The notes beneath the pieces were generated by a model. It was not told the origin of the DNA, searched no databases, and saw nothing but the letters and a program-made list of their open reading frames with translations. Shown piece by piece: positions 39,259-50,100 of a stretch of DNA of 64,000 nucleotides (position 1 is the stretch's first letter; every line of letters begins with the position of its first letter). Made by a program: the position numbers and the translations under genes. The stretch lies in contig CAVTNR010000002.1 of the NCBI GenBank assembly GCA_963736115.1, forward strand, positions 111,226-175,225, written 5' to 3'. This DNA is from an uncultured bacterium (GTDB lineage Bacteria; Zhuqueibacterota; QNDG01; DTFT01).

Positions 39259-41159
39259 ATGCGCATCCTGAGAACAGCGCTCTGGGTTCTCGTCGCGGTC
39301 TTCGGCGCCGCATCCTATGCCGTGATCACGCGCCTGGTCCGGCCTTCCGAAACGATCAGCTCGCTCTGGCTCGTTACGGCGGGCCTCTGCACGTTTTCAC
39401 TGGCTTACCGGTTTTACGGCGCCTGGCTGGCTTCCCGTATCTTCGTGCTCGATGACCGGAATGTCACGCCCGCGGTCCGGATGGCGGACGGTCGGGATTA
39501 TCACCCGACAAACAAATGGGTCCTGTTCGGCCACCATTTCGCGGCCATCGCCGGGGCCGGGCCGCTGATCGGCCCGGTGCTCGCCGCGCAGTTCGGCTAC
39601 CTGCCCGGCGCCCTCTGGATCCTGATCGGCGCGGTGTTCGCCGGAGCCGTCCACGATTTCGTCATCCTGTTCGCTTCGGTCCGCCGCGACGGGCAATCCC
39701 TGGCCGAAATCGCGAAGGAGGAGGTCGGGCCCGGTCGCCGGCGCCGCCGCCTCGGTCGCCATCCTGTTCATCATCATCGTGGCGCTGGCCGGTCTCGGCC
39801 TCGCGGTGGTGAATGCCCTCAACCACAGCCCGTGGGGAACCTTCACCATCGCCTGCACCATCCCCATCGCCCTGTTCATGGGCCTGTACCTGTACCGGAT
39901 CCGGCGCGGCCGCGTCGGTGAAACCACGGTCATCGGCGTGACACTCCTCATCGCGGCCGTTCTCCTAGGCCATGAAGTGGTCGGCTCGCCCATCGAACAC
40001 TGGTTCGTTCTCTCCCGGAACTCACTCGTGCTCTCCATGGCCCTGTACGGATTCATCGCGTCGATTCTACCGGTCTGGTTGCTGCTCTGCCCGCAGGGAC
40101 TATCTCAGCACCTACATGAAAATCGGAACCATCGCCCTGCTCACGGCCGGAATCCTATTCGTCGCGCCCGACATGCAGATGCCGGCCCTGACTGTTTTCG
40201 CGTCCGGCGAGGGCCCGGTCATCCCAGGCCGGCTCTTTCCGTTCATGTTCATCACCATCGCCTGCGGCGCCATCTCGGGGTTCCACAGCCTGGTCGCCTC
40301 GGGAACCACGCCCAAGATGGTGAGCCGTGAAAGCGAGATCCGGGCGATCGGGTTCGGCGCCATGCTCGTCGAGGGATTCGTCTCTCTCATGGCCCTGATT
40401 GCGGCGGGCATCCTGATTCCGGGCGATTATTTCGCCATCAATTCGACGCTCGGCCCGGATGCCCTGACGGCGCTGGGTTTTCCGCCCCAGCGCATCGCCG
40501 AACTGTCCCGGATGGTGGGGACGGATGTCATGAACCGTCCCGGCGGCGCCGTTTCTCTGGCGGTCGGCATGGCCTCGGTGTTCTCGTCCCTGCCGGGCAT
40601 GCGGAACCTCATGGCCTACTGGTACAATTTCGCGCTCATGTTCGAGGCCCTGTTCATCCTCACGACCGTCGACACAGGCACGCGCGTGGCGCGATTCCTC
40701 GTCCAGGAGGCCGGCGGCAAGTTGTACAAGCCGCTCGCCCGTCACAGCTGGATGCCGGGCACTCTGCTCACGAGCTTTCTGGTGGTCGCGGCCTGGGCCG
40801 GCCTGATCTGGTCCGGGAGCATTTCCACGATCTGGCCCATGTTCGGCGTGGCCAACCAGCTGCTGGCCGCCCTGGCCCTGTCCGTCGGCACCACGGTTCT
40901 GCTGAAAATGGGCAAGGCCAGGTTCACACCCGTCACTCTGATCCCCATGGTGTTCATGTTCTGCACCACCCTGACCGCCGCCTGGCAGCTGGCCGGCCGT
41001 TTCACCCGCATGGCCGCGGAACAGCCGTCCGAGGCCCTGACGTACAAGGTGGATCGGGCCCTTATCGTGATCATGGCCTTTCTCGCGGTGATCATTCTGA
41101 TCGATTCGATACGGAAGTGGGTGCCGATGTTCCGGGACGCGTTCCGGCGCTCCGGGTGA
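39259..41159 (+). CDS. cstA: Carbon starvation protein A (peptide/pyruvate transporter); two frameshifts (~39730, ~40094)
   Basis: LFGHHFAAIAGAGPLIGP, LPVWLLL.PRDYLS, IACGAISGFH and IWPMFG.ANQLLA spread across three frames. Confidence 0.92.
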
Positions 41160-41225
41160 GAATATACGGCCGCTCTCCGGCCGGTGCGGTGTCGGGATTA
41201 CATCGATCACTCCTTCATTGACATA

Positions 41226-41384
41226 ATGACGGACCCCGCGCAAGCAGCAGGGTATCACAAGAAGCTTGGATGATGGACGCCGCAAGCGGCGGGAAATCAG
41301 ACCCGTCGGAGCGGCCAGAAGCCCAATCTCCGATCATCCAGAAAAATTGGAACCAGAATGAACAGGCTTCTGGCCGCCCGATTG
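41226..41384. repeat. Composite palindromic element, copy 2: GC hairpins plus an 81-bp unit
   Basis: accccgcgcaagcagcagggtatc and cgccgcaagcggcggg, followed by cgtcggagcggccagaagcc...ggcttctggccgcccgattg. Confidence 0.78.
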
Positions 41385-41508
41385 ATCCGAAGTCCGTATC
41401 TTGAATGACAGACGACTCTCCATCCCCTTCAGCTCGATTTCGCAGGACTCCGGACGCTTCCAACTCAGAGTCGCCTTTTCTCTACCTAAACAGACAGGGA
41501 GGATGACC

Positions 41509-44134
41509 ATGCGAATCCAGCCCCCTTCAGCCGGCTATTCCTTCTTCTTTCATTGACCGCCGCCGGTTCCTGGCTCCGCGGTCAGGAACCCGACACGCTT
41601 CGGCTGGACCGGAAACTGGTGCCGGCGCTGCAGACTGTCCGGCTCCATCTCGACCCGTCGCGGACGGATTACAGCGGCAGTGTGGAGATGACGCTGGCCA
41701 TCCACGCCGAAGCCGCCGGCCTTCGCCTGCACGCGAAAGATCTGAAGATCCGCGACCTGCGGCTCAAAGATGCGAAAGGTGCGATTCCCGTACAGTGGTC
41801 GGCGCGGCCGGACGGAATCCTGCAGATCAGTCCGAAACGTCCTCTGTCGGCCGGATTCGGGGAACTCCATATTGATTTTAAAGGGAATTACGGAAAAAAC
41901 GGACTGGGTCTGTACCGCTCCGAATCGGATGGAAAGACGTACCTGGCCACCCAATTTGAACCCTCCTATGCCCGAACCGCCTTCCCCTGCTGGGACGAAC
42001 CGGGATTCAAGAATCCGTTCCGGGTCATCCTGACCGTGCCGTCCGATCTGGCCTGCTTCTCGAACGAACCCGTCGAAACCGTCACGGCCCGCGGGAAAAT
42101 GAAAACCATGGTCTTCATGGAATCGAGGCCCCTGCCTGTGTATGCAGTGGCCTTCGCGGTCGGACCCTTCGACTCTGTTCCGATACCCGGCCTGTCCGTG
42201 CCCGGCAACGTCATCGTTCCGGCCGGCCGGTCCTCGTTCGCGGCCGAAGCCGTAAAAAGAACCCCTCCCTTGCTCGCCGCGCTTGAAAAGTGGTTCGGTC
42301 CTTATCCGTACCGGAAACTGGACCTGATCGCCGTACCGGACATGGGCGGAGCCATGGAGAATCCCGGACTGGTCACCTTCGACCCCAACACCCTCCTGAT
42401 GGATCCCGACGGCTCCACTTTCGATCAGCGCATGTCCTCTTCCGATATCATCGCCCATGAGCTGGCGCATATGTGGTTCGGCGATCTCGTCACCGCGTCC
42501 TGGTGGGACGACATCTGGCTGAACGAATCCTTCGCCACCTGGATAGGCCCGGAAGTCACGGACCGGGTTTTTCCCGAGTTCCGCGAATTCGCATGGACCA
42601 TCCAGGGCCGGCACCGGGTCATGGGAAGCGATGCGCTCCCGTCCATTGCATCCATCCGCCGGACCGTCCGGGCCGACGATAATCCCTGGCAGGTGTTCGA
42701 TGAATTGTCCTACACCAAGGGCGGTGCGGTGCTGGGCATGGTGGAAAGCTGGGCAGGCCGGGAATACTTCCAGGAAGGTCTCGCGGATTACCTGCAGTCG
42801 CACCGGCACATGAGCGTGGACGCGGCCGCGTTGTGGAAGGCGCTGTCGAGAAGCACGGGCGGGGACGTGGATGCCATGGTCGCTTCGTTTATCGAACAGC
42901 CCGGACTGCCCCTGGTTCGGGCCGATGTCCTGGCCGACGGCCGCGTGGCCCTCTCACAGACCCGTTTCGTGAATGCTGGATTCGAAGCGCGGGCACAAAC
43001 CTGGCGGATTCCGATGACCTGGAAGTGTTCCGACGGACGGAACACCGTTCGGATGAAACGGGTTCTTCAAACTCCAGCGGACACAGTCGTCGTCGACGGC
43101 ATTACCGCGCCCGCCTGGATAATTCCGAACGCGGACGAAAGGGGCTATTACCGGTGGATCGTTCCGGACAGCATGCTGTTCCGGATGGTCCGGGACGCCG
43201 GCCAGATCATGAACGTGCGTGAGCGGATCGGATTCCTCGGGAACGCCTCGGGCCTGCTCGATGGCGGATATCTCGAAGGGGGCGAGTACCTCGAAATCCT
43301 GCGGCGTTTCGCTTCGGATCCTGAGCCTGAAGTGCTCCAGGCCGTTCTGGCCGGCCTGAAAAAATCGGGGATCTCTTCGCGGGGAATCCGTTGAATCCTG
43401 ATTTCTCAGCTTATGTCCGCCGCGTTTTGACTCCCGTGCTGGGCCGAATCGGTCATCAGAAACAACCGGTCGAGGATCCAACCATCGCCCTTCTGCGTTC
43501 CGAACTGCTGTCGATTCTGGCCGATTGGGGAATGGACCCGGTCGCGCTCCAACTTTGCGATTCTCTCACCTTCGTGTACTTGACGAACCCGTCGGACGTG
43601 GATCCGGATCTCGCGGACGCCGCGCTCGCGTCATCCGCCCGGGGCGGGGACGAAGCCCTGTTCCGCCGTTACACGGCCGCTCTCGAATCAGCCGTGTCTC
43701 CGGACGTCCGCTCCAGGTTCAAGGCCCTGCTCGGCGCCTTCAGGAACAGGGAAATCCTGTCCCACGCCCTGGATTATGGTCTCAACGCATCCGGCGACAA
43801 CAGGGACGCTTTATGGTGGATCCCTTTTCAGGCGTCCGGATTCATGGAGAACCGTCCCTTCATCCTGGACTGGGTTCTGGCGAACGCGGACACGATCCGG
43901 GCCGATGCCGGCCCCATGATTTTGGATTACCTGATCCCGAGGCTCGTCCAGGTGCGGTCCGACTCGCTTTACAGGAAAGCCGTTGCCTGGGCCGCGGAGC
44001 CGTCCCACAGATCACAGCTCCTCGACGTGAATCTGCGGAAGGAAAGCGACCGGTTGACGACCCGGCTGAGATTGATTGAAAGGGAGAGGGCGGCTGTGGA
44101 GGCGTATTTGAAGAGAGAATTCGGGGGCAAATAA
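41509..44134 (+). CDS. Secreted M1 family (ERAP1/PepN-like) zinc aminopeptidase; two homopolymer frameshifts (C5 at 41521, A6 at 43359)
   Basis: TQFEP..AR..FPCWDEP, GAMEN, HELAH...E and Y.KG. Restoring C6 and A7 gives a signal peptide and 875 aa. Confidence 0.9.
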
Positions 44135-44162
44135 AGAGCGGGTTTTGGTTCTACAGTGAACT

Positions 44163-44259
44163 CCAGACCCCGGGGTTCTGGATCCCCGACACAGGACCCC
44201 GGGGTCTCGGATTCCGCCCGAATGAATGCGAACGACGTTCAGACCCCGGGGTCTGAACG
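44163..44259. repeat. Three GACCCCGGGGT palindromic units (REP-like cluster)
   Basis: Units at 44163-44181, 44195-44207 and the perfect 24-bp palindrome cgttcagaccccggggtctgaacg at 44236-44259. Confidence 0.78.
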
Positions 44260-45318
44260 AACATCCCATATCCAGGCGGATCCGACGACATATTCCCCGT
44301 CGTAAAAAACCGCCAGCTGACCGGGCGTGACCGCGCGCTGAGGCCGGTCGAATGCCACATCCACTCCCCCGCCGGACGCGGGTGAGACCAGGGCCCAGGC
44401 CGGCCTGTGGCGGTATCGAATTTTCACCCGCAGTCGGACCGGTTCAGACGGTTCCGGCACGCTGATCCACACCGGATCCCTTCCGGTAAAACGGCCCGCA
44501 GCCAGCTCCCCCTCCCCTCCCAGGACCACGGTATTCGTCTCCGCATCCAGGCGCACCACATAGGTGCGCTTCCCGAAGGCAATGCCCAGGCCTTTCCGCT
44601 GGCCGATCGTGTATCTGGAAATGCCCCGGTGCCGGCCGACGATCCGGCCGTCCGCGGTCACGAAATCGCCAGCGGCCGCGATCTTTCCACGCTCCCGTTC
44701 GATAAAGGCCGCGACGCCGTCGTCCGGCAAAAAACAGGCCTCGACGCTGTCACGCTTCGATGCGACCGGAAGGCCTTGGCGCTCCGCCAGTTCCCGTGTT
44801 TTCCGCTTGGAGAGACGGCCGATCGGGAACATCGACCGGGAAAGCTGTTCCTGCGACAGCCTGCCGAGAAAATAGGACTGGTCCTTCCCTTTTTCCAGCC
44901 CTCGTTTCAGCCGGAAACGGCCGGATATCGGATCGCGGGACACGGACGCGTAGTGCCCGGTGGCGAGCACCGAGGCGCCGAGCGAAATCGCCTTATCGAG
45001 AAGGGGACCGAACTTGATTCGTGAATTGCATACCGCGCACGGGTTGGGCGTGCGGCCCGCCTCGTATTCGGAAAGGAAGTACTCGATGACGGCTTCGCGG
45101 AAGGGATCCTGCAGGGGGATGACGTAATGGGGAATGCCGAGCCCGGCCGCCACGGCCCGCGCGTCCCGGATGTCCTCAATCGAACAGCACCGGCTGGGTC
45201 CGGTGGACAGCTGAAGTGTGAGCCCGAACACGTCGAAACCCCGCGCCTTGAGCAGCGCGGCCGCGACCGAGGAATCCACGCCGCCGCTCATGGCCACGGC
45301 GACCCGGCGCTCAGGCAT
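44239..45318 (-). CDS. mnmA: tRNA 2-thiouridine(34) synthase
   Basis: [37 protein letters not shown] and TPGQ. Confidence 0.96.
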   Translation of the reverse strand: MPERRVAVAMSGGVDSSVAAALLKARGFDVFGLTLQLSTGPSRCCSIEDIRDARAVAAGLGIPHYVIPLQDPFREAVIEYFLSEYEAGRTPNPCAVCNSRIKFGPLLDKAISLGASVLATGHYASVSRDPISGRFRLKRGLEKGKDQSYFLGRLSQEQLSRSMFPIGRLSKRKTRELAERQGLPVASKRDSVEACFLPDDGVAAFIERERGKIAAAGDFVTADGRIVGRHRGISRYTIGQRKGLGIAFGKRTYVVRLDAETNTVVLGGEGELAAGRFTGRDPVWISVPEPSEPVRLRVKIRYRHRPAWALVSPASGGGVDVAFDRPQRAVTPGQLAVFYDGEYVVGSAWIWDVRSDPGV

Positions 45319-46221
45319 ACGACAGCATCCGTTCGAGCGCGATCCTGGCCCTGTCCATCAGCGGGACGGGAAGCGTGATTTCATGCCGCATGTGTTTCAG
45401 GCTGTCGCGGACATCCTCGAGCCGGGTCTTTTTCATTGTGAGGCAGGTGCGGACCGGACCGAGCGAGAGGAATTCCTTGTCCGGATTTTCCTTCTTCATC
45501 CGATGGAGAATCCCCTGCTCCGTGCCCACGATGAAACGGCGGGCGTCGGATTCCGCCGCGAATTTCAGCATGCCGCTCGTGGACAGCACCTCATCCGCCA
45601 GGTCGGCCACTTCGGCCCTGCATTCCGGGTGGACCATGAGCACCGCGTCCGGATGCAGGCGCTTCGCCTGCGCCGCATCCGCGGCCGTGAACTGTTCGTG
45701 CACGTAGCAGAACCCCGGCCAGGGGATGATTTTCTTGTCCGTGAAGCGCGCCACCCATGACGCGAGATTGCGGTCCGGCAGGAAAATGACGGTGTCCGCT
45801 TCGAGCCGCTGAACGATGCGCACCGCGTTCGCGGACGTGACGCACACGTCCGATTCGGCCTTGACTTCGGCCGTGGAATTCACGTACGCGGCGACGACCG
45901 CGCCGGGATGGTCCGTCTTCAATTTCCGGAGCCCGGCGAGATCGGCCATTTCGGCCATGGGGCAAGAGGCGTCCATCCTCGGCAGAAGGACGGTCTTTTC
46001 CGGCGAAAGAATTTAGCCGTCTCGGCCATGAAAGTGACGCCGCAGAACACGATGACCTCCGCGGCCGTGGACGCGACCCGGCGCGACAGTTCGAGCGAAT
46101 CACCGGTGAAATCCGCGGCGTCCTGTACTTCCGGCCGCTGATAGTTGTGCGCGAGGAGCACGGCCCGGCGCTCGTCCCGGAGGCGCCGGATCTCGGCGGT
46201 CAGGTCGGCGGTTTCCGTCAT
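45311..46221 (-). CDS. nadA: Quinolinate synthase; one frameshift near 46012
   Basis: LAHNYQ, GDSL, FCGV.FMAETAK, CPMA, YVNS, CYVH, HPEC and TC..MK. Adding one A gives 303 aa. Confidence 0.93.
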
Positions 46222-47408
46222 GCCCGCCTCCCGCCGGAGGACATGGCCCTGAGCCGCTTCACGGATGAGACGACGGCGTCCGCGGCGCGGTCGCATTCCG
46301 CCCCGGTTGTGTTCCGTCCCAGGGTCAGGCGCAGACTTCCCCGCGCCGCGTCCGCGGAAAGACCGATGGCGGTCAGCACATGGGACGGACCGGAAGACCG
46401 CGAACTGCACGCCGATCCGGTGGAGGCGGCGATGCCGTCCAGGTCCAGGGAGATGACAAGCGATTCGCCCTCCACGCCGTCGAAGGAGCAGTTCAGGTTG
46501 TTCGAAAGTCTCAGGGTCGCATGCCCGTTCAGCCGGACGCCGTCCAGACGTCCCCGGATTGCGTTCCATAACCGGTCACGCAGGCCGCGAATGCGTTCGT
46601 CCTCCCCGGCCATAACGGAGGCCGCTATCTCAGCGGCCTTCCCCAGGCCCACGATTCCGGGCACATTATGCGTGGAACTCCGCCGGCCGCCTTCCTGCCC
46701 GCCTCCTATCAGAAAGGGCTCGAAAGGCGTTCCCTTCCGGATGAACAGGGCGCCGACGCCCTTGGGTCCGTACAGTTTATGCGCTGACAGGGACAGCAGG
46801 TCGACGCCACAGGCCCGGACGTCGATCGGAATATGTCCCGCGGTCTGCACCGCATCGGTGTGGAATAGGGCGCCCGCTTCGTGCGCGGCCGCGGCGATTT
46901 CGTTGACCGGCTGAATCGTGCCGATCTCGTTATTGGCGTGCATCACGGAAACGAGCGCCGCCCCGCCCCCCGCGGCGGCGCGGCGCGCCGCGTCCACCGT
47001 GATCAGGCCGTCCGGATCCGGCTGCAGCACATCGAGTCCGACGCCCCGTTCGGCCAGCGCCTCCGCGCAGGCGAGCACGGCGTGGTGTTCGATGGCGGTC
47101 GTGACCAGACGTCCGGCCTTTTCCGATACGCCGGCGGCCGGCAGGATCCCGATCAGAGCCGCATTGTCCGATTCCGTGCCTCCGCCGGTGAATACGATCT
47201 CCGACGGGTCCGCGTTCAGCAGGGAAGCGACCCGGCCGCGCGCCGTCTCTATGGCCTGCAGGGCCTCCTGGCCGAATGCGTGAATCGAGGAAGGATTGCC
47301 GAATCGTTCCGTGAAATAGGGCCGCATGGCTTCGGCGACGGCCGGATCCACGGCCGTCGTGGCCGCATGATCCAGGTAAATCCTGGGAGAATCGGGGGTT
47401 GTCGTCAT
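46218..47408 (-). CDS. iscS: Cysteine desulfurase (IscS/NifS group I)
   Basis: [29 protein letters not shown] (PLP Lys) and STGSACS. Confidence 0.93.
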   Translation of the reverse strand: MTTTPDSPRIYLDHAATTAVDPAVAEAMRPYFTERFGNPSSIHAFGQEALQAIETARGRVASLLNADPSEIVFTGGGTESDNAALIGILPAAGVSEKAGRLVTTAIEHHAVLACAEALAERGVGLDVLQPDPDGLITVDAARRAAAGGGAALVSVMHANNEIGTIQPVNEIAAAAHEAGALFHTDAVQTAGHIPIDVRACGVDLLSLSAHKLYGPKGVGALFIRKGTPFEPFLIGGGQEGGRRSSTHNVPGIVGLGKAAEIAASVMAGEDERIRGLRDRLWNAIRGRLDGVRLNGHATLRLSNNLNCSFDGVEGESLVISLDLDGIAASTGSACSSRSSGPSHVLTAIGLSADAARGSLRLTLGRNTTGAECDRAADAVVSSVKRLRAMSSGGRRA

Positions 47409-47450
47409 GATCGGCTTTCCGGGGTTCCGTTACCTTTTTATAAGACTATC

Positions 47451-47479
47451 AATATAATCATCCCTCTTCCGAATCACAA
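47451..47479 (-). promoter_or_regulatory. sigma70-like promoter of iscS-nadA-mnmA
   Basis: Minus strand TTGTGA-N17-TATATT. Confidence 0.55.
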
Positions 47480-47486
47480 GATGGAA

Positions 47487-47643
47487 TTGACGAACCCCGC
47501 CGCCCGCTTCGAGGGACCCAGTTATTTTTCAGTTATCGAAGGAACCGGCGGTGTATCAAACTCGTCGGAGCGGCCAGAAGCCCCAATCTCCGATCATCCA
47601 GAAAACCGGAGCCAGAACAACCAGGCTTCTGGCCGCCCGATTG
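47487..47643. repeat. Composite palindromic element, copy 3
   Basis: 47563-47643 is a close copy of 41304-41384. 47494-47526 resembles 52838-52870. Confidence 0.82.
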
Positions 47644-47751
47644 GACTGCCGCGCCTTCCGGCTCGGGCCCGAATGCCGTCAGGGGATCCGGGAATTCGCT
47701 GAGGTGGCCACCGGCGCAAACGGCCGCGGACGGCGCGACCGGGCCCGCATG

Positions 47752-47777
47752 AAAAAGGCCCGCCTGCGGCGGGCCTT
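47752..47777 (-). terminator. Intrinsic terminator after the DUF151 gene
   Basis: Minus strand aaggcccgcc-gca-ggcgggcc followed by ttttt. Confidence 0.75.
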
Positions 47778-47802
47778 GCGCTACCGGAATCCGGGACTCA
47801 AG

Positions 47803-48363
47803 TCAGACCCGCCGGGTTTGAGTGTCCTCGATTTTCTTGATGGCGTCCCGCAGGCGGGCGGCGTCTTCGTACCGCTCGTCCTTGACCGCATTCTGCAGTT
47901 CGGACTGCAGGTGATGGAGCTCGTCGCCCTCGTCCGGCACGTCGGCTCCCTGCAAACCCAGTTCCTCGTTGATCGATGCTTTCTGCATGACTTCCTCGTT
48001 TACGAATATGGGGGACTGCGTCCTTAGTGCGAGCGCGATGGCGTCGCTCGGACGGGCGTCTATCTTGGACTGGTCTCCGTTCCGCTTCAGGTCGATCTGG
48101 GCGAAATACGTGTTGTCCTTGAGATCATTGACCACGACCCGGAGTATGCCGGCGTGCATGGAATCCAGAATGTTCTTCAACAGGTCATGCGTCATCGGAC
48201 GGGGTGGCTGAATATGCTCGAGCTGAAGCGCGATGGCCTGCGCTTCCGAGGGTCCGACCACGATGGGCAGCCAGCGCCGGTTGACCTCATCCTTGAGGAT
48301 CACCACGAACCGGTTGTTTTCCGTATCCAGCGTAACCCGTTCGACCTGAACGGAGATCATCAT
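47803..48363 (-). CDS. Bifunctional nuclease family (DUF151) protein with UVR domain
   Basis: LPI.VG..EA.AI, RPMTHDL, DARPSDAIALA and 'AV..E.YE.AA.LRD'. Confidence 0.92.
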   Translation of the reverse strand: MMISVQVERVTLDTENNRFVVILKDEVNRRWLPIVVGPSEAQAIALQLEHIQPPRPMTHDLLKNILDSMHAGILRVVVNDLKDNTYFAQIDLKRNGDQSKIDARPSDAIALALRTQSPIFVNEEVMQKASINEELGLQGADVPDEGDELHHLQSELQNAVKDERYEDAARLRDAIKKIEDTQTRRV

Positions 48364-48415
48364 GATACCAATCCTTCCTTTTGCACCGGAAGCATAGGAT
48401 AAAATATCGAGAAAA

Positions 48416-49177
48416 TCAAGTAAAATCTTGTCCCTCAGTAAGCGCCTTAAAGCTCCTTAACTCCACGTGGTACAGTGATTTAAATACGTTGTTCCGCAGA
48501 TCAGCGTGTTTCTCGGTCCTCTGCAGCTGGCGTATCAGCCCCTTCACCGCCGTCCGTCTGGAGCTGCCGTCCATCGGACACAGCCTCGGAAGCGCGGGCA
48601 ATCCGCATTCCCCGGCAAATCTCTTGATCCGGGCCTCTTCTATATAGACAAACGGACGGATCAGAGTCAGCCGGTTCCGAAAGATGGGCTGAACCGGATA
48701 CAGGGTGCCGATTTTCCGGCCGTACAGGATGTTGAGCAGGAGGGTGTCGATGATATCGTCCCGGTGATGGCCGGTCGCGATTTTAGTGTATCCTTCCCGG
48801 TCCGCGATTTCATAGAGCCGTTTCCGCCTCAGCAGAGAGCAGACAAAACAGGGGTTTTTCCTGAGACGGCCGGAGAACAGTTCGTCCGCGATGGCCGTTT
48901 TCTCGATACGGTATTCGATGCGCATGGACCGGAAATGGGCCTCAAGGACCTGCGCGTTCACGGGCTCCGCCTGGCCGAATCCCATGTCGATGTGAACCGC
49001 GAGCAGAGAGTAATCGCTCGTGACATAGCCGAATCCATCGGACAGCAGGTTGAGCAGGGCCAGGCTGTCCGGTCCGCCTGAAACCGCCACCGCGATCCTG
49101 TCCCCCGGCCGTATCATCCGGAAATCCGAGATGCCGCTTTCCATCACGGCCTTCAGTTTTTTGCGCAGGGGCGTCAC
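48416..49177 (-). CDS. ttcA: TtcA-family tRNA thiolation PP-loop ATPase
   Basis: SGGPDS, PCFVCS..RR, GHH.DD and IRP. Confidence 0.8.
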   Translation of the reverse strand: MTPLRKKLKAVMESGISDFRMIRPGDRIAVAVSGGPDSLALLNLLSDGFGYVTSDYSLLAVHIDMGFGQAEPVNAQVLEAHFRSMRIEYRIEKTAIADELFSGRLRKNPCFVCSLLRRKRLYEIADREGYTKIATGHHRDDIIDTLLLNILYGRKIGTLYPVQPIFRNRLTLIRPFVYIEEARIKRFAGECGLPALPRLCPMDGSSRRTAVKGLIRQLQRTEKHADLRNNVFKSLYHVELRSFKALTEGQDFT

Positions 49178-50100
49178 GCCGCCGCACCTTCCGGCGCAGG
49201 GAGGCCGGTTCCGGGAACGAAAAGCGAAAGGAGCGCGGGTGTCACGTCCGCGATGGTCCGCACCCGTTCCGCGATCCGCCCGCGGCCCAGGCCCCAGGCG
49301 AAGACGGGCACCGGGTTCCGGGTGTGCGTGCGCACGGACAGATCCTCGATGTTGCCGTGGTCGCTGGTGACCAGCAGCAGGACTTCGTCAAGCGGCAGGG
49401 AACGGATGAGCGACAGGACCAGGCGGTCCAGACTCCGCATCAGTAGCAAAGCCGCGTTCCGGTCCCGGCCGTGGCCCGCCTTGTCGGTCAGAAAATATTC
49501 GTACAGCAGAAAGTCATGCTCCGTCAGGGCTCGGGCCGCGATCGCTCCGGCTTCCTCCGCCGTAAACCGGGGCGCCTCGATGCCGCGGCGGATGAGCGTC
49601 TCGTTCGTGAAGTCATGGTACAGGCAGCGCCTCTCCCTCAGGTCGTCCAGACCGAAGAAGGGGACACCCGCGGCCAGCGTGGCAACCGTGGTGGCCGACA
49701 GACGCCAACGCATCGCCTCCTCAAGCCGGAAAAAAAGCGGCCGGAAAGCGTTCAGAAAACGGCAGGAGAATTCCGCATCGGAGAGCCGCTTGAGTACGGA
49801 CCGGCCGGCAAGCACGTCTCTCAGCGCCGCGTTCGGGAATCCCGGTAAGTGCCGGCCCAGCAGCGCAGGCGCGTTCTCGCCTGTGAACAGGGCGGTCTGA
49901 CCGGTCGCGCTCTGTGGAAGGCCTTCGACGCCGAGGCAGGCATCCGCCTCGATCAGAATACCGCCTTCGGCCGCGGGTCGGACCGTTTCGCCGGACGCGG
50001 CGCAGCGCAGGACATCCAGGTCGTCCGACGCGCATGGATTCACGGCGGGGTCTCCGGACCCCAGCCCGATTCCGTCAATGAAAACGAACAGAGCCTTCAT
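49174..50100 (-). CDS. Alkaline-phosphatase-superfamily metalloenzyme (iPGM/phosphopentomutase-like)
   Basis: FIDGIGLG, PQSATGQT, TDKAGH and TSDHGN..HT.NPVP. Start overlaps the era stop. Confidence 0.8.
   Translation of the reverse strand: MKALFVFIDGIGLGSGDPAVNPCASDDLDVLRCAASGETVRPAAEGGILIEADACLGVEGLPQSATGQTALFTGENAPALLGRHLPGFPNAALRDVLAGRSVLKRLSDAEFSCRFLNAFRPLFFRLEEAMRWRLSATTVATLAAGVPFFGLDDLRERRCLYHDFTNETLIRRGIEAPRFTAEEAGAIAARALTEHDFLLYEYFLTDKAGHGRDRNAALLLMRSLDRLVLSLIRSLPLDEVLLLVTSDHGNIEDLSVRTHTRNPVPVFAWGLGRGRIAERVRTIADVTPALLSLFVPGTGLPAPEGAAA

Noticed and set aside
44163-44259. Possible mini-CRISPR array
   Set aside because: The units are short, unequal and irregularly spaced, and no cas genes are present. 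REP-like is a better fit.
32325-46221. Alternative genetic code or programmed recoding to explain the split genes
   Set aside because: The breaks are frame changes rather than in-frame stops, occur in both directions, and share no slippery motif. TGA is used as a normal stop throughout.
47440-47460. IscR/Rrf2 operator upstream of iscS
   Set aside because: There is only a half-site-like resemblance, no clear palindrome, and no Rrf2 gene in the window.
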